The notes beneath the pieces are model-generated. The model was not told where the DNA came from. It saw only the letters and a program-made list of their open reading frames with translations, and did not search any database. A stretch of DNA of 64,000 nucleotides from Tepidisphaera sp. GTDB lineage: Bacteria; Planctomycetota; Phycisphaerae; Phycisphaerales; UBA1924. The stretch spans positions 1,504,001-1,568,000 of the forward strand of contig CP051526.1 of assembly GCA_050916045.1 (NCBI GenBank), read 5' to 3'. Numbering within the stretch: position 1 is the first letter of the stretch; each line of letters opens with the position of its first letter. A program made the position numbers and the translations under genes. Positions 43,778 to 58,586 of this stretch are shown here, piece by piece.

Positions 43778-43860
43778 TGGGGGTACCGGGGCGGGTTCTT
43801 GAGCCTTTGGTGTGACTCCGGACGAGCTTGAGCATCGAACAGTGAGTGGAGGCCCAACGA

Positions 43861-44541
43861 ATGAAGACGACCATGGGACGGACGATGTCGGTGCTTGCGG
43901 TTTCGGCGATGGGGCTGGCGATGGCCGCTTCGTGGGGTTGCTCGCCGCGCGAGGGCGTCGCGGTCAAGCCCGCCAACGACCAGGCCGCGGCCGGTTCGGT
44001 CGCTCCGGCGGCTTCCGAAGCCCAGTTGCCCGCTTCCACGACCACAAAGGACGCGAAAATGGCTGAAGCGATGTTCGGTGCAGGGTGTTTCTGGGGTGTC
44101 GAAGAGACGTTCCGCACGCTTCCGGGCGTGCTCGAGACCGCGGTGGGTTACGCCGGCGGCCGCACGGAGAACCCGACCTACAAGCAGGTTTGCTACGAGA
44201 ACACGGGGCACGCCGAGGTCGTGTACGTGAAGTACGACCCGACGAAGATCTCCTACGCCAAGCTTCTCGACACGTTCTGGAAGAACCATGACCCGACGCA
44301 GGTGAACCGCCAGGGCCCGGATATCGGCGACCAGTACCGCACGGTCATCTTCACCTACTCCGCCGAGCAGGCTCAGGAAGCCGAGACCAGCAAAGCCGTT
44401 CTGGGCGTCTCAGGGAAGCACCGCAAGCCGATCGCGACCCAGATCCTCCCCGCTCCGAAGTTCTACCCGGCCGAGGAATACCACCAGAAGTACCTGATGA
44501 AGCGCGGCCTGGACAACTGCCACCTGCCCACCGGCGGGTGA
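43861..44541 (+). CDS. msrA: Peptide-methionine (S)-S-oxide reductase with lipoprotein-like N-terminal extension
   Basis: [23 protein letters not shown]; leader ending in SWGC. Confidence 0.93.
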   Translation: MKTTMGRTMSVLAVSAMGLAMAASWGCSPREGVAVKPANDQAAAGSVAPAASEAQLPASTTTKDAKMAEAMFGAGCFWGVEETFRTLPGVLETAVGYAGGRTENPTYKQVCYENTGHAEVVYVKYDPTKISYAKLLDTFWKNHDPTQVNRQGPDIGDQYRTVIFTYSAEQAQEAETSKAVLGVSGKHRKPIATQILPAPKFYPAEEYHQKYLMKRGLDNCHLPTGG

Positions 44542-44579
44542 GGCAACCGGGCGGGGGCCGAAGTGGTTACGCTCTTCGC

Positions 44580-44957
44580 ATGGCACCCCCCCCGGCGATG
44601 AACCGTCCCGATCCATCCGATTCGGGCGAGTTGCCGCCGATCCCCACGCCCGAAACCGACCCGCGGCTTCGGATCCCCGACATTCTGGCCCAGCGGCCGA
44701 CGACGTCGGCGCCCAAGCCCGTCGATTCGGGGTCGGGCATGGCCGGGATGGTGAAAGCTTGGGGCGTCGCTTTTGATTTCGTCGGCACGATCCTGGGCGG
44801 AGCCCTGCTCGGGTACGGCTTTGACGTCTGGCAGGGAACGACGCCGGTCGGTGTGCTTTCGGGTCTTGGCTTTGGGTTCACGGCGGCGCTGGTTCGGATC
44901 ATCCGCCGGACAATGAAAGAGGAAGCCGCCCGATCCAAAGCCAAACCCAAGCCTTGA
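44580..44957 (+). CDS. AtpZ/AtpI-family protein
   Basis: Two TM helices with GYGFD.W.GT.P motif; first gene of the atp operon. Confidence 0.75.
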   Translation: MAPPPAMNRPDPSDSGELPPIPTPETDPRLRIPDILAQRPTTSAPKPVDSGSGMAGMVKAWGVAFDFVGTILGGALLGYGFDVWQGTTPVGVLSGLGFGFTAALVRIIRRTMKEEAARSKAKPKP

Positions 44958-45081
44958 GGACGGCGGCGGGAGCCCGCCCGAACGCCGTCTTCGGGCCGCG
45001 CGGCGGCACCCGAACGGAACTCGCAAACTGGTCGCAATCCGCGGAGGAGGGGCCTATCCTTGGGCCCACCGCGGAGGTTCC

Positions 45082-45567
45082 GTGTCGTCGACCGTCTCAG
45101 ACATCCCCGAAATCCCCCGGGCACGCTTCGGATTGCTGATGCTTCCGGCCGTGCTGGTCGCGGGTGCGCTGTCGGCGGGCATGGCTTTGGCCCTGGGCGG
45201 GACTGGTCGCGAGGTCTCAGCGGCCCTGATCGCGGTGGGCGTCGGGTCGATCCTGACGTTCGCCCCCGCTCTGCTCCATCTCGGCCGCGAGAACTGGGGC
45301 GTGGCCGTCCTTGCTTTCGGTCTTTTCCGGAGCCTGGTGATATTGGGCGCCGCTTGGATGATCGAATCCGGGAATCCCGAGCTTTTGAAGCGCCCGTTCT
45401 ATCTCGCCGTGATGGGCGGGGCGGTTTTCCTGCTTGTGGTTGAAACGGCGGTGGCGGTCACGATCCTTCAGAAGATCGAGAACGCCCGCCTTGCTCTCAA
45501 GAAGTCCAAGAACACATCCCGCGACGGCGAGGCGAAAGCCGACGTCGCCCCGGTGGAGCACGCCTGA
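45082..45567 (+). CDS. ATP synthase protein I-like membrane protein
   Basis: Four hydrophobic helices directly upstream of atpB; GGAGG before GTG. Confidence 0.65.
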   Translation: MSSTVSDIPEIPRARFGLLMLPAVLVAGALSAGMALALGGTGREVSAALIAVGVGSILTFAPALLHLGRENWGVAVLAFGLFRSLVILGAAWMIESGNPELLKRPFYLAVMGGAVFLLVVETAVAVTILQKIENARLALKKSKNTSRDGEAKADVAPVEHA

Positions 45568-45568
45568 C

Positions 45569-46848
<1,280 letters not shown>

Positions 46849-46976
46849 TCCGCAAAGTAATCACTCGTCCCGCGACGCCCGACGGCTTCGCGGGGCTTTG
46901 TCCGACAGTTCCGCACGCTTCTGACCCACATCGCCCGCCGCGAACCCCGCGGTCCGGCGGCCGACGGAGAACGACG

Positions 46977-47582
46977 ATGAAGACGAAAGCTCTCGCACTG
47001 CTGATGAACCTGGCGATCCCCGCGATGGTGCTTGCCGCCGGCCCCGAAGCCGGGCACGGTGAGCACGGCCCGCAGGCCGGCGCCGCCGCGACCGTGAAGG
47101 AGGGCGCCGTCGCCGCCGTCGCCACGATCGTGGTCTTCACCCTCGTCTTCGCCATCCTCGCCGTTAAGGTGTGGCCGACGATCGGCAAGGCTCTCGATGA
47201 GCGGGCCAACAAGATCCGCGACGAAATCGAAGCCGCCGAGATGGCCCGCAAGCAGGCCAAGGAGTCTCTCGACGAGTATCAGGCCAAGCTCGCCGAAGCC
47301 CGCGCCGAAGCTCAGCGCATGATCGACCAGGCCAAGAGCCAGCAGCTCGCCGTCGCCGCTTCCGAGAAGGCCAAGCTCGAAGCCGAGCTTTCCAAGGAAC
47401 GCGAGCGGGCCCTCCGCGACATCGAAGCCGCCAAGCGGGCCGCCGTCGCCGAGCTCTACAGCCAGTCGGCCGTCCTCGCGACGACCCTCGCCAGCAAGAT
47501 TCTCAAGCGGAACATCAACACCTCCGACCACCAGCAGCTCATCGAGGAATCCCTCGGCCAGATGCAGGGGATGCGGAACTGA
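46977..47582 (+). CDS. atpF: F0 ATP synthase subunit b
   Basis: TM...KVWPTIGKALDER, then a long coiled coil; operon position. Confidence 0.92.
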   Translation: MKTKALALLMNLAIPAMVLAAGPEAGHGEHGPQAGAAATVKEGAVAAVATIVVFTLVFAILAVKVWPTIGKALDERANKIRDEIEAAEMARKQAKESLDEYQAKLAEARAEAQRMIDQAKSQQLAVAASEKAKLEAELSKERERALRDIEAAKRAAVAELYSQSAVLATTLASKILKRNINTSDHQQLIEESLGQMQGMRN

Positions 47583-47649
47583 TCAGCGGGCCTCGAGAGT
47601 CCACGAACGGCAAGCACGACTGCAAGCACGACCGACAGAAGGGTGACCG

Positions 47650-48258
47650 ATGCCTCTGATTGAAGCCAAGCCCGACGCGCTCGCGATGATCTACGCCAAG
47701 ACGCTCCTCCAGATGGTGGAGCAGAAGGGCGGCCGCGATGCGGTGATGGGGATCCTGGGAGAGCTCGAGGACATCCTCGAGATCGCCCGCGAGAATCCGC
47801 GGTTCGGCGAGTTCCTCGCCAGCCGCGTCGTCTCCGAAACCAAGCGGGCCGCCAGCCTGCTCAAGGTGCTCGGGGGCCGCGTCTCCGACATCACGCTCCG
47901 GTTCCTCCAGGTCGTCAACCGCAAGGGCCGTCTGGGCCACCTGCCCGCGATCGTCGCCGCGTTTGACCTGTGCGCCCAGGAGAAGTTCGGCCGGGTCGAG
48001 GTCGACGTCTACACCGCCGAGCCGATCGACGCTTCGGGCAGCAAGAAGATCCAGGACGGCCTGGCTTTGGCGCTCAAGAAGGAAGTCGTGATCCACCCGT
48101 ACATCGATCACGCGATGATCGGCGGCGTCAAGATCCGCGTGGGTGACCAGTTCATCGACGCTTCGGTCGCGACGCAGCTCCGCAAGATGAGCGACACGCT
48201 CCGCAACGAAGGCCAGAGCAAGCTCAAAGCCAAGTTCGACAAGATCATCGAGGGTTGA
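47650..48258 (+). CDS. atpH: F1 ATP synthase subunit delta
   Basis: AMIYAKTL, FLQVVNRKGRL, IGGVKIRVGD..IDASV. Confidence 0.92.
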   Translation: MPLIEAKPDALAMIYAKTLLQMVEQKGGRDAVMGILGELEDILEIARENPRFGEFLASRVVSETKRAASLLKVLGGRVSDITLRFLQVVNRKGRLGHLPAIVAAFDLCAQEKFGRVEVDVYTAEPIDASGSKKIQDGLALALKKEVVIHPYIDHAMIGGVKIRVGDQFIDASVATQLRKMSDTLRNEGQSKLKAKFDKIIEG

Positions 48259-48351
48259 GGCGGACGCGTTTGGGTCGGTGCGGCGCGGAGACGCGCGGAG
48301 AGAAGCAAGGGGATCTCCGCGTTCGGTTTCAGCTCGAATTGAAGGGATTCC

Positions 48352-49551
48352 ATGAAGAAGAACATCGCTTCCGTTGATGTGTCCGGCAAGAAGGTCTTCG
48401 TCCGCGTCGATTTCAACGTCCCGATCGAGGACGGCAAGATCACCGACGACCGCCGGATCCGCTCGGCGCTCCCGACCATCAAGAGCATCATCGACCGCGG
48501 CGGCAAAGCGATCCTCGCCAGCCACCTCGGCCGCCCCGAGGGCACCGGGTACGAAGCCGAGTTCACGCTCGCGCCGGCCGCCAAGCGCCTGGGCGAACTG
48601 CTCGGCAAGCCCGTCGCGTTCCCCAGCCAGGATGCCATCGACGCCGGTTCGGACGCCGCGGTCGCCGCGATGAACAACGGCGATGTGCTGCTGCTTGAGA
48701 ACGTCCGGTTCCACAAAGCCGAGAAGAAGGGCGACGCGGCTTTCGCGGCCAAGCTCGCGCACGGCGCGGATGTGTACGTCAACGACGCGTTCGGCACCTG
48801 CCACCGCCCCGAAGCCAGCATGGTCGCCGTGCCGAAGAGCATGACCGGCAAGCCCAAGGTCGTCGGGTTCCTCGTCGAGAAGGAAGTGAAGTTCCTCTCC
48901 GGGGCGATCTCCGCGCCGGTCAAGCCTTTCGTCGTCGTTCTCGGCGGAGCCAAAGTCTCCGACAAGATGGCGTGCATCGACAACCTCCTCCCCAAGGCCG
49001 ACCACATCATCATCGGCGGGGCCATGGCGTACACGTTCCTGCGGGCGCTGGGCAAGAAGGTCGGCAGCAGCCGCGTCGAGGAAGATCGCATCGCCGACGC
49101 GAAGAAGACCCTCGACCTGGCGGCCAAGCTCAAGTGCGAGCTCCACCTTCCCGTCGACCACGTCTGCAACACGCAGTTCTCCGAGCACGGCGACATCGAG
49201 GTCTTTGATGGCGACATCAAGGACGGGTACATGGGCCTGGACATCGGCCCCAAGACCCAGACCAAGTACGCTCTTCTGATCGCGAAAGCCAAGACGGTCG
49301 TGTGGAACGGTCCGATGGGCGTTTTCGAGATGAGCCCGTTCGCGGTGGGCACCAAGTCCGTCGCTCGCGCGATGGTCGACGCGACGAAGAAGGGTGCGAC
49401 CACGATCGTCGGTGGGGGCGACTCCGCCGCGGCCGTCGAACAGATGCACCTCGCCGAGGGCTTCAGCCACGTGTCGACCGGCGGCGGTGCGAGCCTGGAG
49501 ATGCTCGAGGGCAAGAAGTTCGAGTCCGTCGAGCTGCTCGACAACGCGTAA
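48352..49551 (+). CDS. pgk: Phosphoglycerate kinase
   Basis: [51 protein letters not shown]. Confidence 0.98.
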   Translation: MKKNIASVDVSGKKVFVRVDFNVPIEDGKITDDRRIRSALPTIKSIIDRGGKAILASHLGRPEGTGYEAEFTLAPAAKRLGELLGKPVAFPSQDAIDAGSDAAVAAMNNGDVLLLENVRFHKAEKKGDAAFAAKLAHGADVYVNDAFGTCHRPEASMVAVPKSMTGKPKVVGFLVEKEVKFLSGAISAPVKPFVVVLGGAKVSDKMACIDNLLPKADHIIIGGAMAYTFLRALGKKVGSSRVEEDRIADAKKTLDLAAKLKCELHLPVDHVCNTQFSEHGDIEVFDGDIKDGYMGLDIGPKTQTKYALLIAKAKTVVWNGPMGVFEMSPFAVGTKSVARAMVDATKKGATTIVGGGDSAAAVEQMHLAEGFSHVSTGGGASLEMLEGKKFESVELLDNA

Positions 49552-49569
49552 GGTCGACGCGACCCATCC

Positions 49570-50271
49570 ATGATCGAAGAAACGGCGAGACCGGCGACGA
49601 CCCGGGATCTCGAGACCCTCGATTTCCGCCGCTATCGCGTGACGTGGGCGAGCGGGACGCCGTGGGGCTGCATGCTCTGGGCGCCTCTGGCGGTGACGGC
49701 GCTTGTTGCGGTCGTGGCGCTGCTTTTCGCGGGGATGAACGGCAACTGGGGGGTGGTCGGGTTCGCGGCCGGGGTCTCGGCGGGGATTTCGTTCTTCATC
49801 GCGGCGTGGGTGGTGGGGGGCGAGTGGCTTTGGCTTTGGTGGCTTGCGGCGCGGCGGGAGTCGCGTGCGATGGCCCACGCGCCGATCCGCGTGCTGAAAG
49901 CCAAAGCCGACCGTGCCTGGGTCGTGGTTGATGTCGAAGCGGACGCGGGCATGCCGTACGTCGCGTTCGATGTCGGCGACGGCGAGGTGCTCTGCATCGA
50001 CGCCGCGACGGCTCTGGGTCTGGTCGCGGCGGAGGACTATCGGAAAGCCCCGCCCGAGACGATCGCGAGCGAGATCGAGGTCGATCTCGAGCCGCGGGCC
50101 GATTGGCCGCTCGGAGTTCGGCTCTCCGGGCCTGAGGTCCCGCTGGCGGACCTCTTGGTCGCGGACCCCCGGCCGCAGCTTCTCGCGGCGAACAAACCGT
50201 CGACGTTCCCGCTTCGGCTTCGGCACGGCGAGCTCTCGCCCGAGATGCGGGAACTGGTCACGAGTGCCTGA
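49570..50271 (+). CDS. Hypothetical protein with two TM helices
   Basis: Two hydrophobic helices; resembles 19728..20369. Confidence 0.65.
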   Translation: MIEETARPATTRDLETLDFRRYRVTWASGTPWGCMLWAPLAVTALVAVVALLFAGMNGNWGVVGFAAGVSAGISFFIAAWVVGGEWLWLWWLAARRESRAMAHAPIRVLKAKADRAWVVVDVEADAGMPYVAFDVGDGEVLCIDAATALGLVAAEDYRKAPPETIASEIEVDLEPRADWPLGVRLSGPEVPLADLLVADPRPQLLAANKPSTFPLRLRHGELSPEMRELVTSA

Positions 50272-50317
50272 GTCCGTCCAAGCGGATAGAGTTCAGCAGA
50301 ATACGCAGGAGTTTCGC

Positions 50318-50626
50318 ATGAAATTGGTCGCTTTCACCGGTCTGGTCGCTCTCTCGGCTCTTGGTGGCTGCAAGTCCGGGGAGTATGTCCACGCCGAGGG
50401 CGAGGTCTGCACGCCCGCGCCCGCCGGCGGCAACCAGCCCGGCAAGGTCGCGGTCAACACCGTCTGCCCGATCATGCAGAGCGACGCCGCCGACGGCTCC
50501 ACGACCGTCACGTACAAGGGCAAGGTCATCGCCCTCTGCTGCGCCGGCTGCGTGCCCAAGTTCAACAAGCTCGACGACGCCGGCAAGGACAAGATCCTCG
50601 CGACGGCGATGACGTACGCGAAGTAA
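50318..50626 (+). CDS. Small lipoprotein with YHS/TRASH-like Cys-rich metal-binding domain
   Basis: AGGAG RBS; lipobox LGGC; NTVCPIM...YKGKVIALCCAGC. Confidence 0.8.
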   Translation: MKLVAFTGLVALSALGGCKSGEYVHAEGEVCTPAPAGGNQPGKVAVNTVCPIMQSDAADGSTTVTYKGKVIALCCAGCVPKFNKLDDAGKDKILATAMTYAK

Positions 50627-50644
50627 GCTCAGCCTCGGAAGGGC

Positions 50645-52543
50645 TCAGCTTCGACCGAACAGCTTCTCAAGCTCGCGAATCGTGAGACGCACCGTCGTCG
50701 GCCGCCCGTGCGGGCAGTTGCTCGACCGTTCCACGGCGTCGCGCAGGCCGAGGAGAGCGCCGAGCTCGCCGTCGGACATCCTGTCGCCCGCTTTCACCGC
50801 CGCTTTGCACGCCATCATGTCCAGGACATCGCGGAGAGCGTCCTCGGAGCCCGGAGCAAAGTCCGACGAAGCCGCTTTCTCGAAGAGATCCGGCAGAAAC
50901 TCCCCCGGATCCACGCGCCGCTCGAACAGGAACGACGGGAACGCGTGAACCGCGAGCTGCTTGGGCCCCAGCGGAGCGGCTTCGATCCCGATCCGCGTCA
51001 GAAGCTCGGCGAGCTCGTCCAGCCGCGCGAGCTGCGTCGGCGTCGCGTCGAGCACGACGGGCGTCAGGAGCCGCTGGCTTTCGAGGTTCGACTCCGTCAC
51101 GCGGGCGAGCAGGGCTTCGAACATCACACGCTCGTGCAGAGCGTGCTGGTCGACGATCAGCACGCCGTGCTCATCCTGCGTGACCAGGTACGAGTTGTGC
51201 ACCTGGAGCACCTTTGAAGCCGGGCGGGGCGCGTCGGTCAGGACCGGCTCTTCGCGGACGATGACGGGCGTCGGAAGCGGCGGCGGCGCGAGGGTCGCCG
51301 GCTGGCTCGCGGCTTCGGCGGGCTTGGGCTCAAATCCAAGAGCCGGCTGACTGCCCGAGGGCACCATCCGCTTGAAGTAGTCGACGAACGCCGCCCGGGT
51401 GACTTCCGGCCGCTCGGGAGCGACGGGCGCGAACGCGCCCGGGCTCAGGATCGCCCGCTCTTCCCCCGGACGCACTCCCGAAGCCCGCACCGCCGCGAAC
51501 GTCGGCGTCAGATCGGCCGCGGCGAGCGCCCGCTTGACCGCGTGGAAGACCACCGAGTGGACGACGCCGCTGTCGCGGAAGCGGACCTCCGCTTTCTGCG
51601 GATGCACGTTCACATCGACGGCCTGCGGGCTCATCTCCAGCATGAGCAGAGCGGTGGGGTGCCGCCCCGGCTCGATAAGACCCCGGAACGGCTCGCTCAG
51701 GGCGTGCTGCACGGTCCGATCCCGCACCGCGCGGCCGTTCACGAACAGGTGCTGTGCCGCTCGCGTCGCCCTCGCGATCGACGGCAACCCGACAAGCCCC
51801 CACACCGCCACGCCCCGCGCATCGTCGTATTGATCCGCGTGCACCTCGAGCAACTGGTCCTTGAGCTCTCGCCCCAGCACATCCAACGCCCGGTCGCGGG
51901 CCGTCTGGTCCATCGGAAGGTCGAGCACCGTCCGCCCGTCGCACACGCACCGGAACGCCACTGACGGGTGCGCGAGCGCAAGCTCCGTCAGCGTGTCCAC
52001 GCACCGCGACTGCTCCGTCGGGATCGTCCGCAAAAACTTCCGCCGCGCCGGCGTGTTGAAAAACAGGTTCCGCACCGCGATCGACGTGCCGATCGGTCCC
52101 GAAGCCGGCTTGATGTCCGCCGGCTTCAATCCCTCGACCACGCCCTCCGTATCAAGCACCCACGCGCCGACCTCACCCGGCGTCCGCGACCGGATCGACA
52201 CCCGGGCCACGCTCGCGATCGAAGCGAGAGCCTCCCCGCGGAACCCGAGCGTCGCGATGCGGTCCAGGTCGCCGGTGGACGTGATCTTGCTGGTCGCGTG
52301 CGGGTGCACGGCGAGGGGAAGGTCGTCGCGCTCGATCCCCGAGCCGTTGTCGGTCACGCGGACGAGTTCGGTCCCCCCGGCTTCGAGCTCGAGCGAGATC
52401 GCCGTCGCGCCGGCGTCGATGGAGTTCTCGACCAGTTCCTTGACGACCGAAGCGGGCCGCTCGACGACCTCGCCCGCCGCGATCTGGCTCGCGACAAGCG
52501 GGGAAAGGGGTTGGATGCGGCGGGCCGCGGCCTGGGCGTTCAC
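50645..52543 (-). CDS. mutL: DNA mismatch repair endonuclease MutL
   Basis: IAAGEVVERPASVVKELVENSIDAGA, GFRGEAL, VDVNVHP, DQHALHER, ACKAA, CPHGRP. Confidence 0.97.
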   Translation of the reverse strand: MNAQAAARRIQPLSPLVASQIAAGEVVERPASVVKELVENSIDAGATAISLELEAGGTELVRVTDNGSGIERDDLPLAVHPHATSKITSTGDLDRIATLGFRGEALASIASVARVSIRSRTPGEVGAWVLDTEGVVEGLKPADIKPASGPIGTSIAVRNLFFNTPARRKFLRTIPTEQSRCVDTLTELALAHPSVAFRCVCDGRTVLDLPMDQTARDRALDVLGRELKDQLLEVHADQYDDARGVAVWGLVGLPSIARATRAAQHLFVNGRAVRDRTVQHALSEPFRGLIEPGRHPTALLMLEMSPQAVDVNVHPQKAEVRFRDSGVVHSVVFHAVKRALAAADLTPTFAAVRASGVRPGEERAILSPGAFAPVAPERPEVTRAAFVDYFKRMVPSGSQPALGFEPKPAEAASQPATLAPPPLPTPVIVREEPVLTDAPRPASKVLQVHNSYLVTQDEHGVLIVDQHALHERVMFEALLARVTESNLESQRLLTPVVLDATPTQLARLDELAELLTRIGIEAAPLGPKQLAVHAFPSFLFERRVDPGEFLPDLFEKAASSDFAPGSEDALRDVLDMMACKAAVKAGDRMSDGELGALLGLRDAVERSSNCPHGRPTTVRLTIRELEKLFGRS

Positions 52544-52558
52544 GATTCCACTGTACGC

Positions 52559-52586
52559 AAAAGCCCCCTCCGCGGGGAGGGGGCTT
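52559..52586 (-). terminator. Hairpin between secA and mutL (terminator-like)
   Basis: AAGCCCCCTCC-GCGG-GGAGGGGGCTT with a short T run on the minus strand. Confidence 0.65.
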
Positions 52587-52629
52587 GCGTGGTCAGAGCT
52601 TCAATCGAGGGCTGGCGGTTTGGCTGATC

Positions 52630-56766
<4,137 letters not shown>

Positions 56767-56915
56767 GGCTGTGTCTCGCATCGCACCGGTAGAATGCTCT
56801 CCGGGCGCGGAAAAGGGGCATTGAGGGTCAGATTGGAAATGGAAGCGGACGGACTCGGAGCGCGGCCGGTCGCGTTACACGCGCGGCTCGCGATGCTTCT
56901 GGCGATCGGGAATGA

Positions 56916-57275
56916 TCAAGCCTTGGGCGGAGCAAGCCCGGTGGACCACGGCGAGAGCGTGGCCTGGATCGAGGTCGCGACTTCGGAGGACGGGGTCGCG
57001 TGCGAAACCGGAGCGGGTGCTTGGAGCACGCGCTCGCGGGCTTTCGTGTCGCCCTGCGGGCGGTCTGGCTCGGTAAAGACGCCGCGGTGGGCGGCCGCGA
57101 CGATGGTCGTGGCAAGCCGGGTGCGGGTCTCGCTGGACCCCGGCCCCGCGAACTCGAGCATCGAGATCGAGAGCTGGACCGTCAGCGCCATCAGCACGAG
57201 CATGGACCAACCGTGTCCAGCCGGACGGCGGATGGGGTGTGAGGTCGAGCTGTTCTGGCGAACCGGGTCTGTCAC
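56916..57275 (-). CDS. Small uORF upstream of secA; candidate SecM-like regulatory peptide
   Basis: Basic n-region plus hydrophobic segment (RRPAGHGWSMLVLMALTVQLSISMLEFA); ends PWSTGLAPPKA*; start uncertain (GTG 57275 or ATG 57203). Confidence 0.5.
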   Translation of the reverse strand: MTDPVRQNSSTSHPIRRPAGHGWSMLVLMALTVQLSISMLEFAGPGSSETRTRLATTIVAAAHRGVFTEPDRPQGDTKARERVLQAPAPVSHATPSSEVATSIQATLSPWSTGLAPPKA

Positions 57276-57428
57276 GGCCCTAAGAGTATCGTCTTCCCGG
57301 CCTCGAGGGGATAGGTCACCCGAACAATCTTCGGCCATCGGAAATTTCTGCGGACCCGGCGGGCGGATCGTCCGATAGTTCACGGTCCCCGACTCTGGAA
57401 TCGGCGCGAGCGTGTGCTACGGTGCGGT

Positions 57429-57932
57429 ATGGGCGATGACCAGACCGATTCGAGCATGGGCGGCGCAGGGCAGGCCGGGGACCCGAACGCGGCCGGCTTG
57501 CCGCTTCACTCCGGCACGCCGTCCGGTCATATTCCGTCCGACGGCACTCCATCTGCCAAGGGAACGCCTCCGATGATCGCCACCCGCCATTCCCTGCCCG
57601 CGACCCGCGAGTCCCTGACCCACAAGTTCAGCGTGGGTTCGCACGAAGGCTACCTGACGGTCGGTCTCTATCCCGACGGCCGCCCGGGAGAGATCTTCCT
57701 GAAGATGTCCAAGGAAGGGTCGACGATGAGCGGCATGTGCCAGGCGTTCTGCCGGGCTTTCAGCCTGTCCATCCAGCTCGGCCTGCCGCTTCAGGATGCC
57801 ATCGCCCGGTTCAAGGGCATGCGGTTTGAGCCGATGGGCGCCACGAGCAACCCGGACATTCCCGAAGCCAGCTCGATCGTCGACTACATCGCCAAGTACC
57901 TCGAGCTTCACCACTCGACCCCTCGCCGCTGA
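57429..57932 (+). CDS. Stand-alone TSCPD-type domain, like the C-terminal part of class II ribonucleotide reductase
   Basis: THKFSVGSHEGYLTVGLYPDGRPGEIFLKMSKEGST, RFEPMG, SSIVDYI; start uncertain (57429 or 57573). Confidence 0.8.
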   Translation: MGDDQTDSSMGGAGQAGDPNAAGLPLHSGTPSGHIPSDGTPSAKGTPPMIATRHSLPATRESLTHKFSVGSHEGYLTVGLYPDGRPGEIFLKMSKEGSTMSGMCQAFCRAFSLSIQLGLPLQDAIARFKGMRFEPMGATSNPDIPEASSIVDYIAKYLELHHSTPRR

Positions 57933-57941
57933 GGCCCCGCC

Positions 57942-58586
57942 TCACTGCAGCTCTTCGGTACGCCGCGGGGAGACCGTGGACACGAAGCGGATGGTGGGGG
58001 ACTCGACCGCCGTGAACATCGTCGCGCCGCCCGCATCATTCGGGCGGATGATCATGTCGACCGTCGCCTGCTGGAGACGCTGTGCGACGTCGTATTCAAG
58101 CGTGAACCGCACGTCCTGAAGGTTGGTGATCAGCGGACGGGCTTCGTGCGTGACGATGCTGTTGTCTTCGTCGAAGTCGTCCTGCACGTACCAGAGCTCA
58201 AAGAGCGGCACGCCGCCGGCGGACTGGCCCGCCGATCGCTTCTCGATGCGGATCACGCGGAGCGCCACGTCGGGGTCGTTGGGCAGCGCCCCGTGAAACT
58301 CGATGTAGTCCGAGTTGAGGGGGTTCTGGGCCAGGTCAAGCGGGTCCACCGGGTAGGGAGCAAAGTCCGTGCCCGTGCGGATCATTCCCATCAGGCGGTG
58401 CATCGTGATGCGCGAGACGACGTGCGTCGAAGCTCCGTCGGTCGTAAACTTGTAGCTCTTGAACGACGCGTCCAGCGCGGCCAGTGCCGCGGTCAGGAGC
58501 GTGCCCGTGATCGTCAGCGACACGAGCATTTCGATCAGGCTGAAACCGCGGCGGCGCGGGGAACTCATGCGACGGGTCGTGTTCAC
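57942..58586 (-). CDS. Minor pilin/pseudopilin (prepilin N-terminal cleavage/methylation motif, PilW/GspJ-like)
   Basis: RRRG|FSLIEMLVSL; 4-bp overlap with the upstream gene. Confidence 0.85.
   Translation of the reverse strand: MNTTRRMSSPRRRGFSLIEMLVSLTITGTLLTAALAALDASFKSYKFTTDGASTHVVSRITMHRLMGMIRTGTDFAPYPVDPLDLAQNPLNSDYIEFHGALPNDPDVALRVIRIEKRSAGQSAGGVPLFELWYVQDDFDEDNSIVTHEARPLITNLQDVRFTLEYDVAQRLQQATVDMIIRPNDAGGATMFTAVESPTIRFVSTVSPRRTEELQ

Noticed and set aside
47610..47632. Direct repeat GCAAGCACGAC x2 between atpF and atpH (also AAGTAATC x2 at the atpE stop)
   Set aside because: Only two short copies; compatible with local slippage and no functional support.
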